From Paraspadella gotoi (taxonomy: Eukaryota > Animalia > Chaetognatha): 64,000 nucleotides of DNA. The translations under genes were made by a program, and so were the position numbers. Where the stretch lies: NCBI GenBank assembly GCA_051294375.1, contig CM119270.1:8997986-9061985 (forward strand). Reading direction: 5' to 3'. Shown piece by piece: positions 1 to 46,477 of the stretch; within the stretch, counting starts at the first letter, position 1; every line of letters begins with the position of its first letter. Below the pieces are notes generated by a model that did no database searches, had not been told where the DNA came from, and saw nothing but the letters and a program-made list of their open reading frames with translations.

Positions 1-110
1 TTTAAAGGGACAAAATCAGCACGAGACCGTTTCGCCACGTAATTTTTCATTGTGTCTTAAAATAGCTGTTTTCGAGTAATTCAACAATATGATGCAAGCA
101 TTTATCATAG

Positions 111-506
111 CAATACTTTGCACGGCAATCGTCTTCATCGGATATATCGTTGCTTGTTGCTTGCTAAGAAGGTGAAGTGTTGCCTCAATGAGGGCGTTAG
201 ATGGCTGGCCAGCTCAAACACATTTTTTTTGGTTTCAGGTGGAATAAACGGTATCCAATGTGGGCGCCCATGACTGAATACGTCGGCGTTTCCACCGCCG
301 ACGCCGCTAATGAAGCCGCTGCTGACTCTGCAAACTCTGGAGCCACCTCGGTTACAATCGCGGATGCCCGTAACGGTGCCAGCTCCGATTCTTTCGCCTC
401 TCCAAGCATCGCCGTCAAAGCATCCGACGATATCGTCGCCACTGCAGACAACAGACACGATTGGTCCCGAAATTCGAAGCGAGGAAGTCGTTCCGGACCC
501 AAATGA
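111..506 (+). CDS. 3' end (last two exons, 111-171 and 239-506) of an unidentified single-pass membrane protein; gene starts upstream of the window
   Basis: catag|caata acceptor at 110, aag|gtgaag donor at 171, tttcag| acceptor at 238. Spliced product ...ILCTAIVFIGYIVACCLL-RRWNKRYPMWAPMTEY...RSGPK* is a hydrophobic segment, a basic stop-transfer motif and an Ala/Ser-rich tail. The other two frames after 238 stop quickly. Confidence 0.5.
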
Positions 507-1131
507 AGACGAAGCCGAGGTTAACGTCACTTACGGTTTTATAAAAAAAAATTAAATCGACGGCGCGCCAAGAATCACGTTCCTGAGGGTGAATCACTGT
601 TCCTCCTTACTTAAAACAAACTTTATTTATACTTTGAACCGAAAACAAATTTAACGAGACGATGTCTTAACTTTCGGTTTTGAGGCAATCGACCTACATT
701 TTTGCAATGTTAAAAATTTACATTCGTTACTACGTAATAGATTATTGCACTTTCATCTAATTACATTTTTTTTCCTGCGATAAACCCGGTAAATATTTTA
801 TTGTATGCATTTCGAAGTATATGAATTATAAAAATGCGTGCAATTTGTTTGTATTTTATCAAATACATAACAGTCGGCGAATATAAGTAAAGCTTTTGTT
901 CACTGTCTTGACTCCTGAGCTGCCTTCACTCTCTCTTTTCTTCCATTTTTGGTTCATTCTTTCCTTCATTTTCCCGCCAAAATTTTACGCTGGTTACAAC
1001 GACGATAACGAAAATTAAACGCCTGATCGCTCATGGAAAAAGCCATTTATTTTTGTCTTTGTTGTTTAACTCTATTGTACATTATTTTACAACTAAATCG
1101 AAATAAACAAAATTATTGAACGAATATTGAT

Positions 1132-1285
1132 TGAAAGCACGCAGGGACCACTGGGACCAGCTATGTCATTATCTTAGAGTGGTGACTGATGAAAGCTTAA
1201 ATCACCATAGCCTGTCCAAAGTCGAGCAAAATAGCTTATTTATTGAATGTATGCATAATTTTATTTTGCCTCTAACAATTTCATA
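1132..1285. repeat. Dispersed repeat fragment (copies at ~57535-57680 and, inverted and partial, ~25876-25910); possibly a decayed non-LTR retrotransposon piece
   Basis: GGGACC.GCTATGTCATTATCTT...CCAAAGTC...ATAGCTTATTTATT...ATAATTTTAT...CAATTTCATA occurs in both copies. A minus frame here gives ISYFARLWTGYGDL, loosely like the LINE C-terminal RLRTGH motif (weak). Confidence 0.55.
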
Positions 1286-2406
1286 ACTTGAGTTTGTTCC
1301 AATTTCTCTGCGCTATTGAAACAAGTTGTGACAATGTGACATTGCATTTTTGAAACTACTGCAAAGATAGAGAAATAAGCAATTTATTTGTCAATGAGCA
1401 TGTACCACAATTTTCAGTGAAAATCAAAGTGATGTACACATGAGAGCCTTTATAACTGTATGATGCAGAATGATGAAAAAAGTTACAAATAGTGAGTTTT
1501 TATCTCAATTGTCAGAAAGATCACAAATTATCATGTTGAAAAAAGAAACGCATGCAGCTTTTTTTTGTAACAAAAAATTATTTATTTAGTCTACTGAAAA
1601 ATAGTCATCAAGTTGTAAATTTTACTTACGATTCGGACCATTTATAATTTTATTTTACTTTTTGGGGACAATAGAACTTAGTGTTCAATATCCATTTTTT
1701 TATTCATTCAAATGATAAATTTACTGCTTTTTTTTTATTATTCAAAATGAATTCGTCACAGTTCATGATAGCAAAACTTAATTCTTATTTACTTTGCGTG
1801 AATTTATGCAATTTTGGTGTAATTCACAATTCACGGTAAAAACGATTAAATGGGTTGGCGCAGATAAAGAAGACATATCGCAATGATAAAAAAAATCGTG
1901 ATTTCTTTTCATAGAGAAAAAACCACACATTCGACAGGCACGCGTTATTTATTAGTGATTTTTTTAATAATTTTTTTCTTTTTTCTTCGCAAAAAAAAGT
2001 AACACTTAAAATTGTTGCTTTTGCTTACTGAAAATATACTACTATTTAACTGGTATCCGGTTAATAATCATAAAAATTAACAATCTATCTATAACGTTTT
2101 ACTTTGAAGGCAGAAGTTAACTTTGGAAATTACAACAAATACAACGCAATCTTTGTAAAAAAATATGTTCATAATGGATTTTTTAAAGATTTTTGATCGA
2201 AGTTTGGCGCTTATGGTTCCTGCACCGGTTAACAATGATGCGTTCCTGCCAAAACTATTTGCAATTCCTGTTAACACTGTTTACCACTGTTTAAAGGAAA
2301 TGCTTGTACTTATGATCCGTCGCCGCAAAACATGAATGCTTTTCCGTTTTAACTGTTTCATCGCCATAATAAAAAATATAAAATATTGACCACTTGATCT
2401 CCGATA

Positions 2407-16763
<14,357 letters not shown>

Positions 16764-18179
16764 AGGATGATCATCTCCGTGAGACGGTGGGGGTGCATAA
16801 GGGAGGTGGGGAGTCCGTGCACACTCTCTGGGAGAAAGATAAATGAAAAGTAAGACGATTTAAATTATACGTTTAAACAGTACACAAACAGTCGTATTTA
16901 ATCATTATGTCAATACTTTTTAGACAAAAAAAAGGAACGTACGGGACAGCGAGGGACCGCAAACTTTCTCACGGGCCCGTCATAAAAAGTGACGCCCGGC
17001 TATGACGTGACATTGACATTGACAGAAGCTTTAAGAGTCATCCATTTGATATGCGCTGGAGTTGATATTTCTGCAATTCTCAGCTCCCCGATTCTTATAA
17101 TACTCACATAATATTCACATACCTTTAGCGGATGAAAATCTTAAACATTTTTGCGTTGTTTTTTTTTTTCGTTCTTCTCTGAGATTTTTTCTCAAGTGTT
17201 TCTAATTTTCTCCTCTTTCGTTAATTTTCAGTTTTTTTTTTCAGATGATTTCGTCCGAAGAAGAAAAAATTGAAACGTCGTTCGTATTAGGATTGTGAGG
17301 GTTGGTGACTAGGTGATCAGAGAAAGGGCGGGAGGAATTCAGTGATTCGGTGATTGCGACTAATTGTGATTAGGCGATTGTGTATTCTGGGGGATGCTTG
17401 GTTGACACGAGAAATGCAGGGCTTTTCACGAGTTTGTTTCTAAAAAAAAAATCAAGCATTTTATTATGATTTTACGGACAACTTATTATTTTATTAAATT
17501 AACATTTTAATTTTAGTGGTGAGAAATTATTACTATTATTTTGTTTCTTCACGAAAACTTACAATACAGAATTTTAAAATAAAAAAAATTCCAAGCAAAG
17601 AGTTGCCAGGAAGCGGAAATAGATCGATAGAGAAAACAAAGTTGTCCAGCGGCTTTTTATCGATCACTTTAGTTGAGTAACATTGCCAAACCAGTTGTTT
17701 ATTTGGATTTGTTTGGGTTTATTTCTGTTTTCAAGTATGAGCGTCTTGAGCCAGGATTATATTGTAAACACTCAAAAATTGGATGGTTCATAATTTTTTA
17801 TTTTCATATGTTAATTAAATGGTACCTATAAGTGTCGGTTTAGCGATTATGTTATATTTGTTATTAAGTAACTTTCGATTATTTTAATAATAATGCTCTC
17901 CTGAGGCTTTGCACTTTTGTTTATCATTATTTCAACACCCAAAAAATAAAATTTTTTAGGTTAATTTCGATAAAAAAATAATTTTTCTAAACGTGTAAAA
18001 TATTTGCACCAAGATAAAAGGTGGTTGGTTATGAAAGGCCAGGAAAGTCTCTCTCTCTCTCTCTCTCTCTCCCGCTTTAGCTCTCTCTCTCTCTCTCGTT
18101 TCCTTTCGTTGGCCGGTGCGACTGGGAGCATCCTTGGCGTTTTTTCCATTCACGGCTGAATCGGATCGTCATCGTCATG

Positions 18180-18214
<35 letters not shown>

Positions 18215-18374
18215 TTTCTTCCTGTCGGCAAAGGAAGAGCGCCGTCTCTTCCCAGAGATCATCATCATCATTATCAATGTCGTTCTTGCCCGATTAATAA
18301 CAGTGTTTTTCTCTATAAGTTTCTTTTTTTTTCATTGTATTAAAATAATCTTGTATGATGTTCATAATATTTCC

Positions 18375-18462
<88 letters not shown>

Positions 18463-18831
18463 CCGTCACGTAGTCCGCTGGAGATGCAGCGGCGACGCGA
18501 CGGCCTCGTGATGTGCAGATTGGTCTCTCTCGTCGCCGATGCTGCTGCTGCCGCTACTTTGGCAATTGATGCTGCTGCTGCTGCCATTGCAACGTCACAG
18601 CGAATTCGATGCCATCAAGTCACTGGAATTTCTTTCGCGGTCCCGGAGCAGCGGTGTTTTGGTCCGAGTACAGTTCGGCGGGAGAGAACATTTCCCAGGA
18701 AAAAGAGCGAAATGATTTTTATGCATCGACATCGAGATCATTCGCAGATGCTGTGAAAAAAAAGACTCGGTGCTCTTCACAGTCTGCCAACAACCCCCCA
18801 CCCTTTCTTGCGATTCTTGCAATTCTTGCAG

Positions 18832-18891
<60 letters not shown>

Positions 18892-19745
18892 TAACCGGGA
18901 CAGAGAGGAAAAGGAAGAGGAACGGGGATGCACTGGGAGATCTCACTCCATCCTTCTTTCCCTGTTTCTTCAGATGTTCTCTCTCCCTTTAGGTCGATGT
19001 CTTTTTGCTTCCAAATTTCCCTTCGAGTTTCCTTAAAGAGTCGCTTGGAATTTCGGGGTGTCGTTGCTCCTATGTTTTTCTGGTTTCACAGATGAGTCTC
19101 GTAAATGAAATTCGTGTTTTCATTGGATTGTTTTTTAATAGGTTTTGTAATGTTGAATTCGTTATGAACATTGTTTAAAATTATTTTACGTCTACCGTTT
19201 AAAATATGTAAGTATTCTCTCTCGTTTTAATTACCATCGTTTGATAAATAATATCGAAAAAGTCCAGAAAGGTTTGCACATATACTATATAGTATACTAT
19301 ATAGTATATAGTATATACGTATGTGTCGAGAGAGAACTCACGATCGTGCAGTTGCATCTGCCTTGAATAGTGTGAGGCTTGATTAATAATAAACTGGTAA
19401 ATTGAGGCTTAATTTCTGAATTGATCAAGCAGCGCAAATTTTGCGAGGAGAACCGTCATGACATGAGTCTTGGAGATATTGCTCCCACTTTTCTGGAAAC
19501 CAAATACCATCAACTGTTGATCCGAATCTCTTTTTGACTAAAGTTTCAAGGTAGCGTTTCAATTTTTTAATTTTATTGCAGTTTCACTTGAGAAACTTGG
19601 CTTTGCTAAAATAATACTAATTTCGCTAAAAATTTATCTCACTCTATCAGGTTTTTCCCGATTACTCTCCTACTCTCGTACCGGTTGTTCGCCACACTTC
19701 CTTCTCTCCTTTATTTACCAGCACCCTACCATAAAAACCCAGAGA

Positions 19746-21551
19746 ATGGAGATTCGCCTGAAACGATCCAACAAAACTTTTCGCGCCAACGAGGTGATTT
19801 CCGGTTCCGTGGTGATCGATCACCCTCAGGGTGATTTCTCACACGGTGGAGTCTTCCTCACCTTGGAAGGCGGCGTCAATCTTCAGCTGAGCAGCAAAAA
19901 CGTCGGCCGATTCGAGGTAAGTGGGGCCAAGGTAAGATAAGATATTCACAAAGCTCCCATGATTCTTCGCATCTCCTCCAGGCTTTCTACAATTCCGCCA
20001 AACCTCGACCCATTTTGGAAGTCACTGTGGAACTCGTCAAAGCAGGGCGTCTTCCTTCCGGGATCACAGAAATTCCCTTCGAGATTCCTTTCAAGGTAAG
20101 GGTTTGAGAATCTTGGTCTGCTGTAGTTAGGTTAGAATCAGGATCTACAGTTAAGCGGGTGCAGTTAACTGGGTAATTTTAAAGTACATGTAACTATCTT
20201 AATTAAACTTTCTTTGACATACAAATTATTTACATAACGAAAATATGTAACATGTTTTGGGTTCGTGATAGCGTATGTAATGTACTTGATAAAAAAAAAT
20301 CACATTAAATTTTGGCTAATTTATCGTTACGATTATGAAAAAATGTAAGAGAGAATATAAATTTTTAGAAATATTAAAAATATATATTTTTTTTGTAAAA
20401 TAAATTCAATATGCAAATTAAAAGAACCCATGAAAACTCTTTTATCCCCAATAAAATGCCCTCTTCCGCAGTCCAAACCCGGCGTCGTACTCCACGAGAC
20501 TTACCACGGGGTTTTCGTCAACGTCCTTTACAGCCTACGCGCCGACGTTAAGCGTAACTTTGTCAAAAAGGACATGACGAAGACGCTGGAGTTTATGGTG
20601 GAAGGAATCGAGACTGAAGTGAAGGCCACGCCTCTCGATTTTGTCATCACACCCGAGACGTTGTTGAAAGGTAAGTCTCTTAAAATGTTCAAATAGTTTG
20701 TTAAATTTATTATTTTAATATGTTTGTCTCCCTTTTTTAACCTCAGCTGGTCAACGTTCCAAGTCCACCGTTCCTGACATGCGCATCACGGGTCATCTCG
20801 ATTCGCGGGATTGTTCACTTACCCGAGCGTTCACGGGAGACATCACCGTTCACCACTGCGAGGTAAAAGATGCGTTAGTTTTTGTGATAGATGTGAACGG
20901 TTTGTGCGTGAACAAAAATATATTTCCAATTCTGAAGTATAATCTTTTTTTCTTTTTTCAGGCTGTCATCAAGTCGATAGAACTCCAACTCGTGAGAGTG
21001 GAAACGTGTGGATGCGCAGAAGGATACGCGAGAGAGGCCACAGAGATTCAAAACATTCAAGTATCCCTTTCTCTCATTTACTTATGTTCACTTTTTCTCA
21101 ATATTCTCTACCCTTCCCTCGCTCTCTCCCTCAGGTCGGCGAGGGCGACGTGTGTCGGGGCATCGCCATCCCACTCTACATGATTTTCCCTCGACTGTTC
21201 ACTTGTCCGACGACGGCGACGGACAACTTCAAGATCGAGTTTGAGATCAACGTCGCCGTCATTTTCGAAGGTTTGATGGGAGAGGGGGCTAAAAGAGAGA
21301 ATCGGGGGGTTGGTGAAAACGTTTCTTTCGAAGGGAAAAACGTCAGCGGAAGAGGGAAAGGGAAGGAAAGGAAAACAAGTCCGAGTCGTAGCGTATGACT
21401 GATAATGATAACTAAGCATAAGTCCATGTCTGATAATCGAAATTAAAAGAGTATAATTTTCTCGGCAGACGATCATTTGGTCACCAAGAACTTTCCCATT
21501 AATCTCTACCGATGTCGACCTGAGGAAGGCGAGATGTTGCCTGGTTTATGA
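19746..21551 (+). CDS. VPS26C: VPS26C / DSCR3 (Retriever complex arrestin-fold subunit), 7 exons
   Basis: Exons 19746-19916 (MEIRLKRSNK...LEGGVNLQLSSKNVGRFE), 19982-20095 (AFYNSAKP...LPSGITEIPFEIP), 20472-20670 (LHETYHGVFVNVLYSLRADVKR), 20747-20862, 20962-21060 (IKSIELQLVRVETCGCAEGYAREATEIQNIQ), 21135-21270 (GEGDVCRG...MIFPRLFTCPT...NFKIEFEIN), 21469-21551 (DHLVTKNFPINLYR...*). These are DSCR3 signature motifs; all phases match. Confidence 0.95.
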
Positions 21552-22718
21552 GAACAGGTCAGTGGCAACGTCAGCCACCGGCTTCGTAATGTTTGTGATG
21601 ATGGGCCTCGTCGCAGCGATTGCCTACAAGTGAAAAAATCATTGACAACGCAAATCTGTGATTGGAAAAACTCTTGCAATCTGTGATTTTTAGCTTTAAT
21701 CATGTTTGTTTTGTTTTAATTAAAAATTAGGTTAACTGATTGGTGAAAGTCTAATTTTTCTCATTCTATTGTTATTATTGATATATATGTTCCCGCAATA
21801 AAATATTTCAAAAATTGTTTCTCTATGTTTTCTTGCCTGTCCGCCAACTAAGAAGTCCTTTGTTTAACTCGAACAATTGAGCTTTCGAAATTCGCCACTA
21901 GATCTGGAAGATCAAAATCGTACCACCGCACCCCTCAATGGTGCGATCCTTGTTTTCAAAGACCACAGCAAACTCTATTTCAATACTACAATCTGGATCC
22001 TTTAAATAATGCATTTTTGAATAAATTGAAAGTGATAAGTGGTAGGTTTTCTTTTGCTACCAAGACGACATTCGGTAACTGGTTATTGTCTGAACCATTT
22101 ATCCTTCTCAACGAAACATCTTAGGATTGGTAACGATTCCTTAGCTAAAAAAGTGTTTATCAGTTTAGGTTAAGCGGACTACCGATTTATTATTCAAAAT
22201 GTTCGATGACTTGGTATCTGATCCTTTATTGGATGTTTCATTTAATTTCAAAACCAAAAAACATTTAGTTTTACACATAATGTGAACTTTCTCCTTGTTA
22301 TTCGTTGTCATACTTTGGAAATCTTTCTCTAAAAACCTGTTTTTCAACAGAATTCCACGCAAAGTAAAACACAGTGAAACAATGCTCACAAAGTTAAATC
22401 CACGAATTCCACCTTGACTTGAAAAAAGGAAACAACAGTGAAAGAAAAAAAATATTAAAAAAATCAATGATCCCGATGGCACCGCGATCCAACTTTTCAC
22501 ATTCCATCTCAAATCTTTTTTGTCGCTTTTCTTCGTCTCCTCGCCACGCCGACTTCCGGTTACCATTTTCATCTCCGACGCGAGTCAAAAGATGACGTGA
22601 CCCAAGCTCTTCCCCTAAAAATCCCCCCTCCCCCAAATCTTCGCGAACGCCCCCGCACTTCATCGTCCCCCCCCACTTCCGATGGCACTGAGGCGCCACG
22701 CCCACGCCGCTCATCGCC

Positions 22719-40970
<18,252 letters not shown>

Positions 40971-41151
40971 ACGGAAAGAGGTTTGCGGCGAACCCGTGAA
41001 TGTTGGAGGAAATTTGGATGAAATAAAATAAAATATACTAGATCATATGAACGAATAACGAATTTTAATATTAAATCTTTGAATGTTAATTTGAGAATTT
41101 GGGTACTTTTTATTTTAAAATGTTAAATGGTAAAATATAATTTTATCCTAA

Positions 41152-41260
<109 letters not shown>

Positions 41261-42740
41261 TCTAGCAGTGGCTGCAATACTATTGTTTTTATTTTGTTCT
41301 GTTTTAATTTTTCTGTTGGCTACGCGATTGTTCATTTTTCGCTTTCGTTGCAATTTAAGCGGTTGTCGCGGTACTTACTAAAAACGCTTAAAATGTTGCT
41401 CGAATGAAACGTGTTAACGTTTGTTTACAAAACTATATTTTTTTCGCTTACTTAGTATACAGTATGTGTTCTTCGTATACAGAACGTTTACAGTTGCGTA
41501 AACGTGCAAGTATACAATTCGTGTGAACATTATTCATATATTTTTGTTCATTTCTGTTTACATCGGTTTCTTTGTAATTGATTAAAACAAAATCAAATTT
41601 CTACCTTAGAATTAAGTTTTTTTTAGAAATTGATACGCGAAATATACAAATGGAAAAAATTGTAACCACATTTAATCACATTCCCATCCTTCTAAAAAAA
41701 CCAAACAAAAAAATGCCTACTGTTCGCTGGTTTTACTCCGTGTTAACTGTTAACGAAATGTCACATTATTTATTTGCATTCCTTTCGCCGAACTTTTGTT
41801 CCGACGACATTTTTATTACGAAAACGAAATTTTATTATATATTTTTAGTTGTAGACGAGTTTTGCGACGCTTCCTTTGAGAATGACTAGGGTTTTTATCT
41901 GTCCTCACTCAATGACTACTAATATAATTGTATGCGATAAGGTAACTTCTACAGTAGGATAATACATTAGGTCTAGTAAACTCTTATGAACTCCTTAGAA
42001 TGACGTGTTTGATTGAAATATTCATTGTAGTAAATGCAGTAACGACCAATATTGGTTGCTTTTTTTTGAAATTTTGTTTTCATTAAAGAGCGAAAAATAT
42101 AGAATTTTAGTATTTGGTCCCTCATAGAATATTACAAAAGATATAAGTATAACACAAAACATAATGTGGTGAATAAAAGATTCAGTAGTTATGATGTGAA
42201 GTCTGGCTTAAACTTTAAACTCTTTCAAAAGAGAGAGTGATTGTAAGGCAGGTTTGCGATGAAGATGTATGATGATTGGTAAGGGAACGCCGAGAAGTAA
42301 GTTTATTAATGAAGGCTGTAAATGAATTCACGAAGAATTCTTATACTTTAAAACTTAACTTTAGTATTTAATGCGATACTTTGAGAGACACATATCAACA
42401 TATTATACATAGTTGAAATACTTTGAGTATTATTTTTCGTCGCAAACTCGTTCTTTATTTTTTTGAACCTTGCATTTATTTCATATTTTATGTTATACGC
42501 CTGCTTACTTACGCCATTATAAACTTGATACATAGTTTATATTTTTATTCCTAAAAAATCTGCCTTGCGAAAATTCGTATTAATGCCTTAGAAATGATAA
42601 TTAAACATTTCGGTTTGACGGAAAATTAGTCTTCTTATTTTTTGAGTTGGGCATTCAAATTAGATAATACAGTATACATGCAGCGATCAAACTGGTTTCA
42701 TTTTTAGAAGTTGTAAGATTTTTAGCCAGAATAAGACTTA

Positions 42741-43646
42741 CAAGGTGACACACGACAGCCCGCCGATAAAAAAAATTGTCATTTGCAAACTTGTAAATTT
42801 TTTTAATCTGAAATATTTTTTCTGTATTAAAAATTTTAATCATTTATATATCCAAATTTTATATTGATTGGTTTTGATTTGACTTGACTATGAGCGGGGA
42901 AAAGTTGCCTTCAAAATCTTGTTTTATTTTAAAACTCTATTTTTTTTCAATCTTTTTCTACATTTTTTAAAAAAAAATTCTGTAAAAAGGTATCAATATT
43001 AATATTTTCTGAAAGCTCTTATAATATGAAGAGAATGGCATAATTAAAAATACTGTAATAGTAAAATTAACCTATCCAGCTTTAAATAAGCTTTAAAAAA
43101 TGTAATCAAAACTAAGATAAATATTAAATGAAAAATTTTTAAAAAGCAGTTTTGGAATAATTATTAAATTAATATTAATCATTTTATTTTAGTTTTTCTT
43201 AAGATTTTTTATGATACCTATATAAATAATAATAATAATAATAATTATAATGAAAATAGGTAAGATATTTGAAAAAATATATTTTAGGATTTTATTATTT
43301 TAATTTGGATTATTTTGATTAAATACAATATTTTTAAATATATCATTTCCTTCAAATTTTCAAGAGCTTTCAGAAGATATTAATATTGGTACCCTTTTAA
43401 ATACAGGTTTTTTAAAAAATGTTTATAAAGTTAGATAAAAAGATTGAAAAAAAAAGATTTGTTTTAAAATGAAAGACGATTTTTAAAGCAACTTTTATAA
43501 GTCAAATCATAACCAATAAATATGAAATTTGGATATATAAATGATTTAAGTTTTTATTACAGAAAAAAATCTTTCAGATTAAAAAAATCTTCATAAGTTT
43601 GCAAATGAAGATTTTTTTTAGCGGCGGGCTGTCATGAGACACGTTG
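42741..43646. mobile_element. Foldback MITE, Tc1/mariner-type, with ~300-bp imperfect terminal inverted repeats and TA target duplication
   Basis: TA|CAAGGTGACACACGACAGCCCGCCG... and ...CGGCGGGCTGTCATGAGACACGTTG|TA; arms ~42741-43040 and ~43340-43646 are reverse complements (e.g. ATATTAATATTTTCTGAAAGCTCTT / AAGAGCTTTCAGAAGATATTAATAT); no ORF. Confidence 0.8.
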
Positions 43647-44116
43647 TAACTGATGGTATTTCTTCTTAATATTACCTAAAGGTAAGATCGACTTTACCAG
43701 ACAAAGCGCCAGGCGCCTCTCCTCTTTTTCTCTTTTTCCCTTTTTCCAACGAATTTTAATGAAATTTGCATTTTAATGTTAGAGTAAGCCTTCACGTTCC
43801 TAATGATTGTATCATTAATACTCTGAATTTTAAAAAGTAAAATAAAAATAGTTTTCGTTACAACTTGGTTAACTTAACTTAGTTAACTTATAACAAAAGG
43901 GGAGGTTTAACCCCTACCCCTGATAAAACACGGGTGAGAGACGAAAAGAACTACGATCAACATTGGCATCATAACACGACAGAAGACGGACAATGAAGAA
44001 GATGACGAGGACAAAACAAGCCAGAACAATAGAAATACGTAGGGGAAAAAGAAATCGGTGAAGATGGTTATTATCATGGAGGATATAGAGAAAGGAACAG
44101 GGACAGCGCATTTATT

Positions 44117-44666
44117 AGCCGGATCTGCTTACAGCCGATTCCGGCTCTACAATTTACTTTGTCGGTCCGTCGGTCCCACCTCACAATCTTATCAGTAAGT
44201 CACGTAGATCATGTCAGATCATCGAATTATGATAAATTATGCAAAGAAAAATCGATGTCCGTCGGTCCGTCTCTGTCTGTCCGACCGTCCTACTTTAGCT
44301 CTGAACGTCAATTACTCATGAGTCGGAATCGTCCGAGTGAAAATGAAAAAAAAAGTGGTAGAAACAAAAATTATGCTTAATTATTTAGTTTTGCCTTTTT
44401 TTCCTTTTATATGAAAAGTAAATGCATTTTGCAACAACAACTACAATTATAACAATTATAACATTCAGTAAATCACTGTAACCACAACAACCAAGACAAT
44501 CACCTCAACTACCAGTACTACCATAAGGACCATAACCTGCATTATCCAGAATTAAAACTACCACTTAAAAAAACTATAAATAAAAAAGTAATAGCAAGAT
44601 TAATCATAACTTATCATCTTATTCGGTGCTTAACATTAAATGCCCGCGTGCATATCCGGCGTTATT
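44117..44666 (+). mobile_element. HINE/DINE-1-like element (second family)
   Basis: 5' AGCCGGATCTGC forms a palindrome with TCCGGCT; (GTCC/GTCG)n microsatellite; 3' inverted copy GCATATCCGGC at 44650-44660; T-rich flanks. Confidence 0.6.
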
Positions 44667-46477
44667 TGCTCAAACTTATCATCTAGTCGAAGGTAACGAG
44701 GAAGCCGACAGTCAAAAGAGGAAAGAGGTTAAAACGAAGGGAATTGGAATTATATTTGAGAAATTGCAACGAAACGAAATAAATTTCAATCACATTATTA
44801 TTTCTGACATACGAAGATGAGAATGTTTTCATACAAAAAGGGCGTTGAAAAAAAAAACTATAAAAGTTTACTATGAATGTGAATATGAAATGAATAGGGC
44901 AACGACGAGATGACAAGGACAATATTTAGCTAACGACAAGGATCAAAACTTAGGTCGACAAAGAAGAGAAGGCAGACGAGGAAAAGGACGACAAAATGTT
45001 AAGCGCGCGACGACGACGACGACGACGACGACGTTTCACGCGCGAAACGCGTTTCCATCATTCGACGCTGAAGAAGCGAAGACGACTGAGGGAGAGTTTT
45101 TCCGATTTAAATTCGATTCCAGTTTTGATTTGAATCCGATTCTAGTTTGTTTCCGGATCGATTTTTGACCAACTGAAATTTCATCCTTGTTGACAGCCGC
45201 AAGATTTTTTCGGTCCATCTCCTGTCATATACGAGGTAAGGTTAACATTTAATTTTAAAGACCGACCGATTTCATTTTTGTATTAATATTTTTTGCTAAT
45301 TAACGAGAGCCGCGTATCTACAGCGAAACTCTTTGATTCAAGCCCACGATTCGATTGCTTATTTGATTCAACCGTCCATTGCCAAAAAACTTTCATGTTT
45401 TTTTCGTCGCATTCGCATGGAAGAGTTTAGCTTTTCAACAACCCAATAAGTAATCGTATTCATACCATGAAAAATGATGACAATAAACTGTCAACTTTTT
45501 GTCAGACAAAAACCCCTCAGCCTTTCCTAACTCGTTGTCTCGTTAAAGGCTCTTTGTTTAAACGGAACCGCTCCATAAACGGCCATGGGGCGAATATCAA
45601 TGCGACGTAGAGATTTTTATGCTGAATATGAAACGAAGTCTGCTTAAACGTTACCGCTTTTAACGGTTCGCTCGCGATAAAAACTGTTTCTGTTCCTCTT
45701 TGAGAGTTAAAGCCGTTCCATGAATTTTTTCTCTACTAATTCAACAAATAAACTATTTTGACTTGTCATCTAATGAGCTTCTTTCAGCTTTATTTTTCGC
45801 TCAAACTTGGTTATTTAAGATGTAAGTCCAGACAACCATGTATAAGACAGGTGCTCTTTTTTTTTCACCTGGTCAAGGTAGATATTGGCTTTCGTAACAC
45901 CATCTATTTATCGAGTTTATTCGGGATTGGGCGTTTGAACAGGATTCTCCAGACTAATAGTAATACAAGTTGCACTTATGGCATCTGTGCTACGTTTGCG
46001 TTTTGTTCGAGTTATTCTGCGGTTATGTAATGTAATTGTTCGTGTTTTATAGTGGTTAGTACTTTTTATTGTCCGTTTGTCCGTTTTATTATCTTGTACT
46101 AAATATGTACAAAACTCAAAATGAAGTAATGGGTTACATTTTAATAATAATATCATTTTCCTTTTAGCGCCTATCGTAAATTATTAAATGTTTTGTCAAA
46201 TTTTTTTTTTCCAAATCGATAGAAAGAAAGTTAATACTTTTCGGTTTCGTTTTTTCACTTTATCTACCTGCGTTGGCACCGCAGGTAGCAGATTTCTTGA
46301 TTTCTGTATAATCGTTATGTGGCGCTCCCAAAATTCCTTTTGCTTCAAAAAGTTTTTCAAAAGCAACTGTTAAATAAGCCTCAAACCAGGAAAGTTGAAG
46401 TGGTATATCGTCACAAATTTAATTTTAATTGTATTTTATTAAAACAATTTTTAAAAACAGCTTCGAATTAGATTTTT

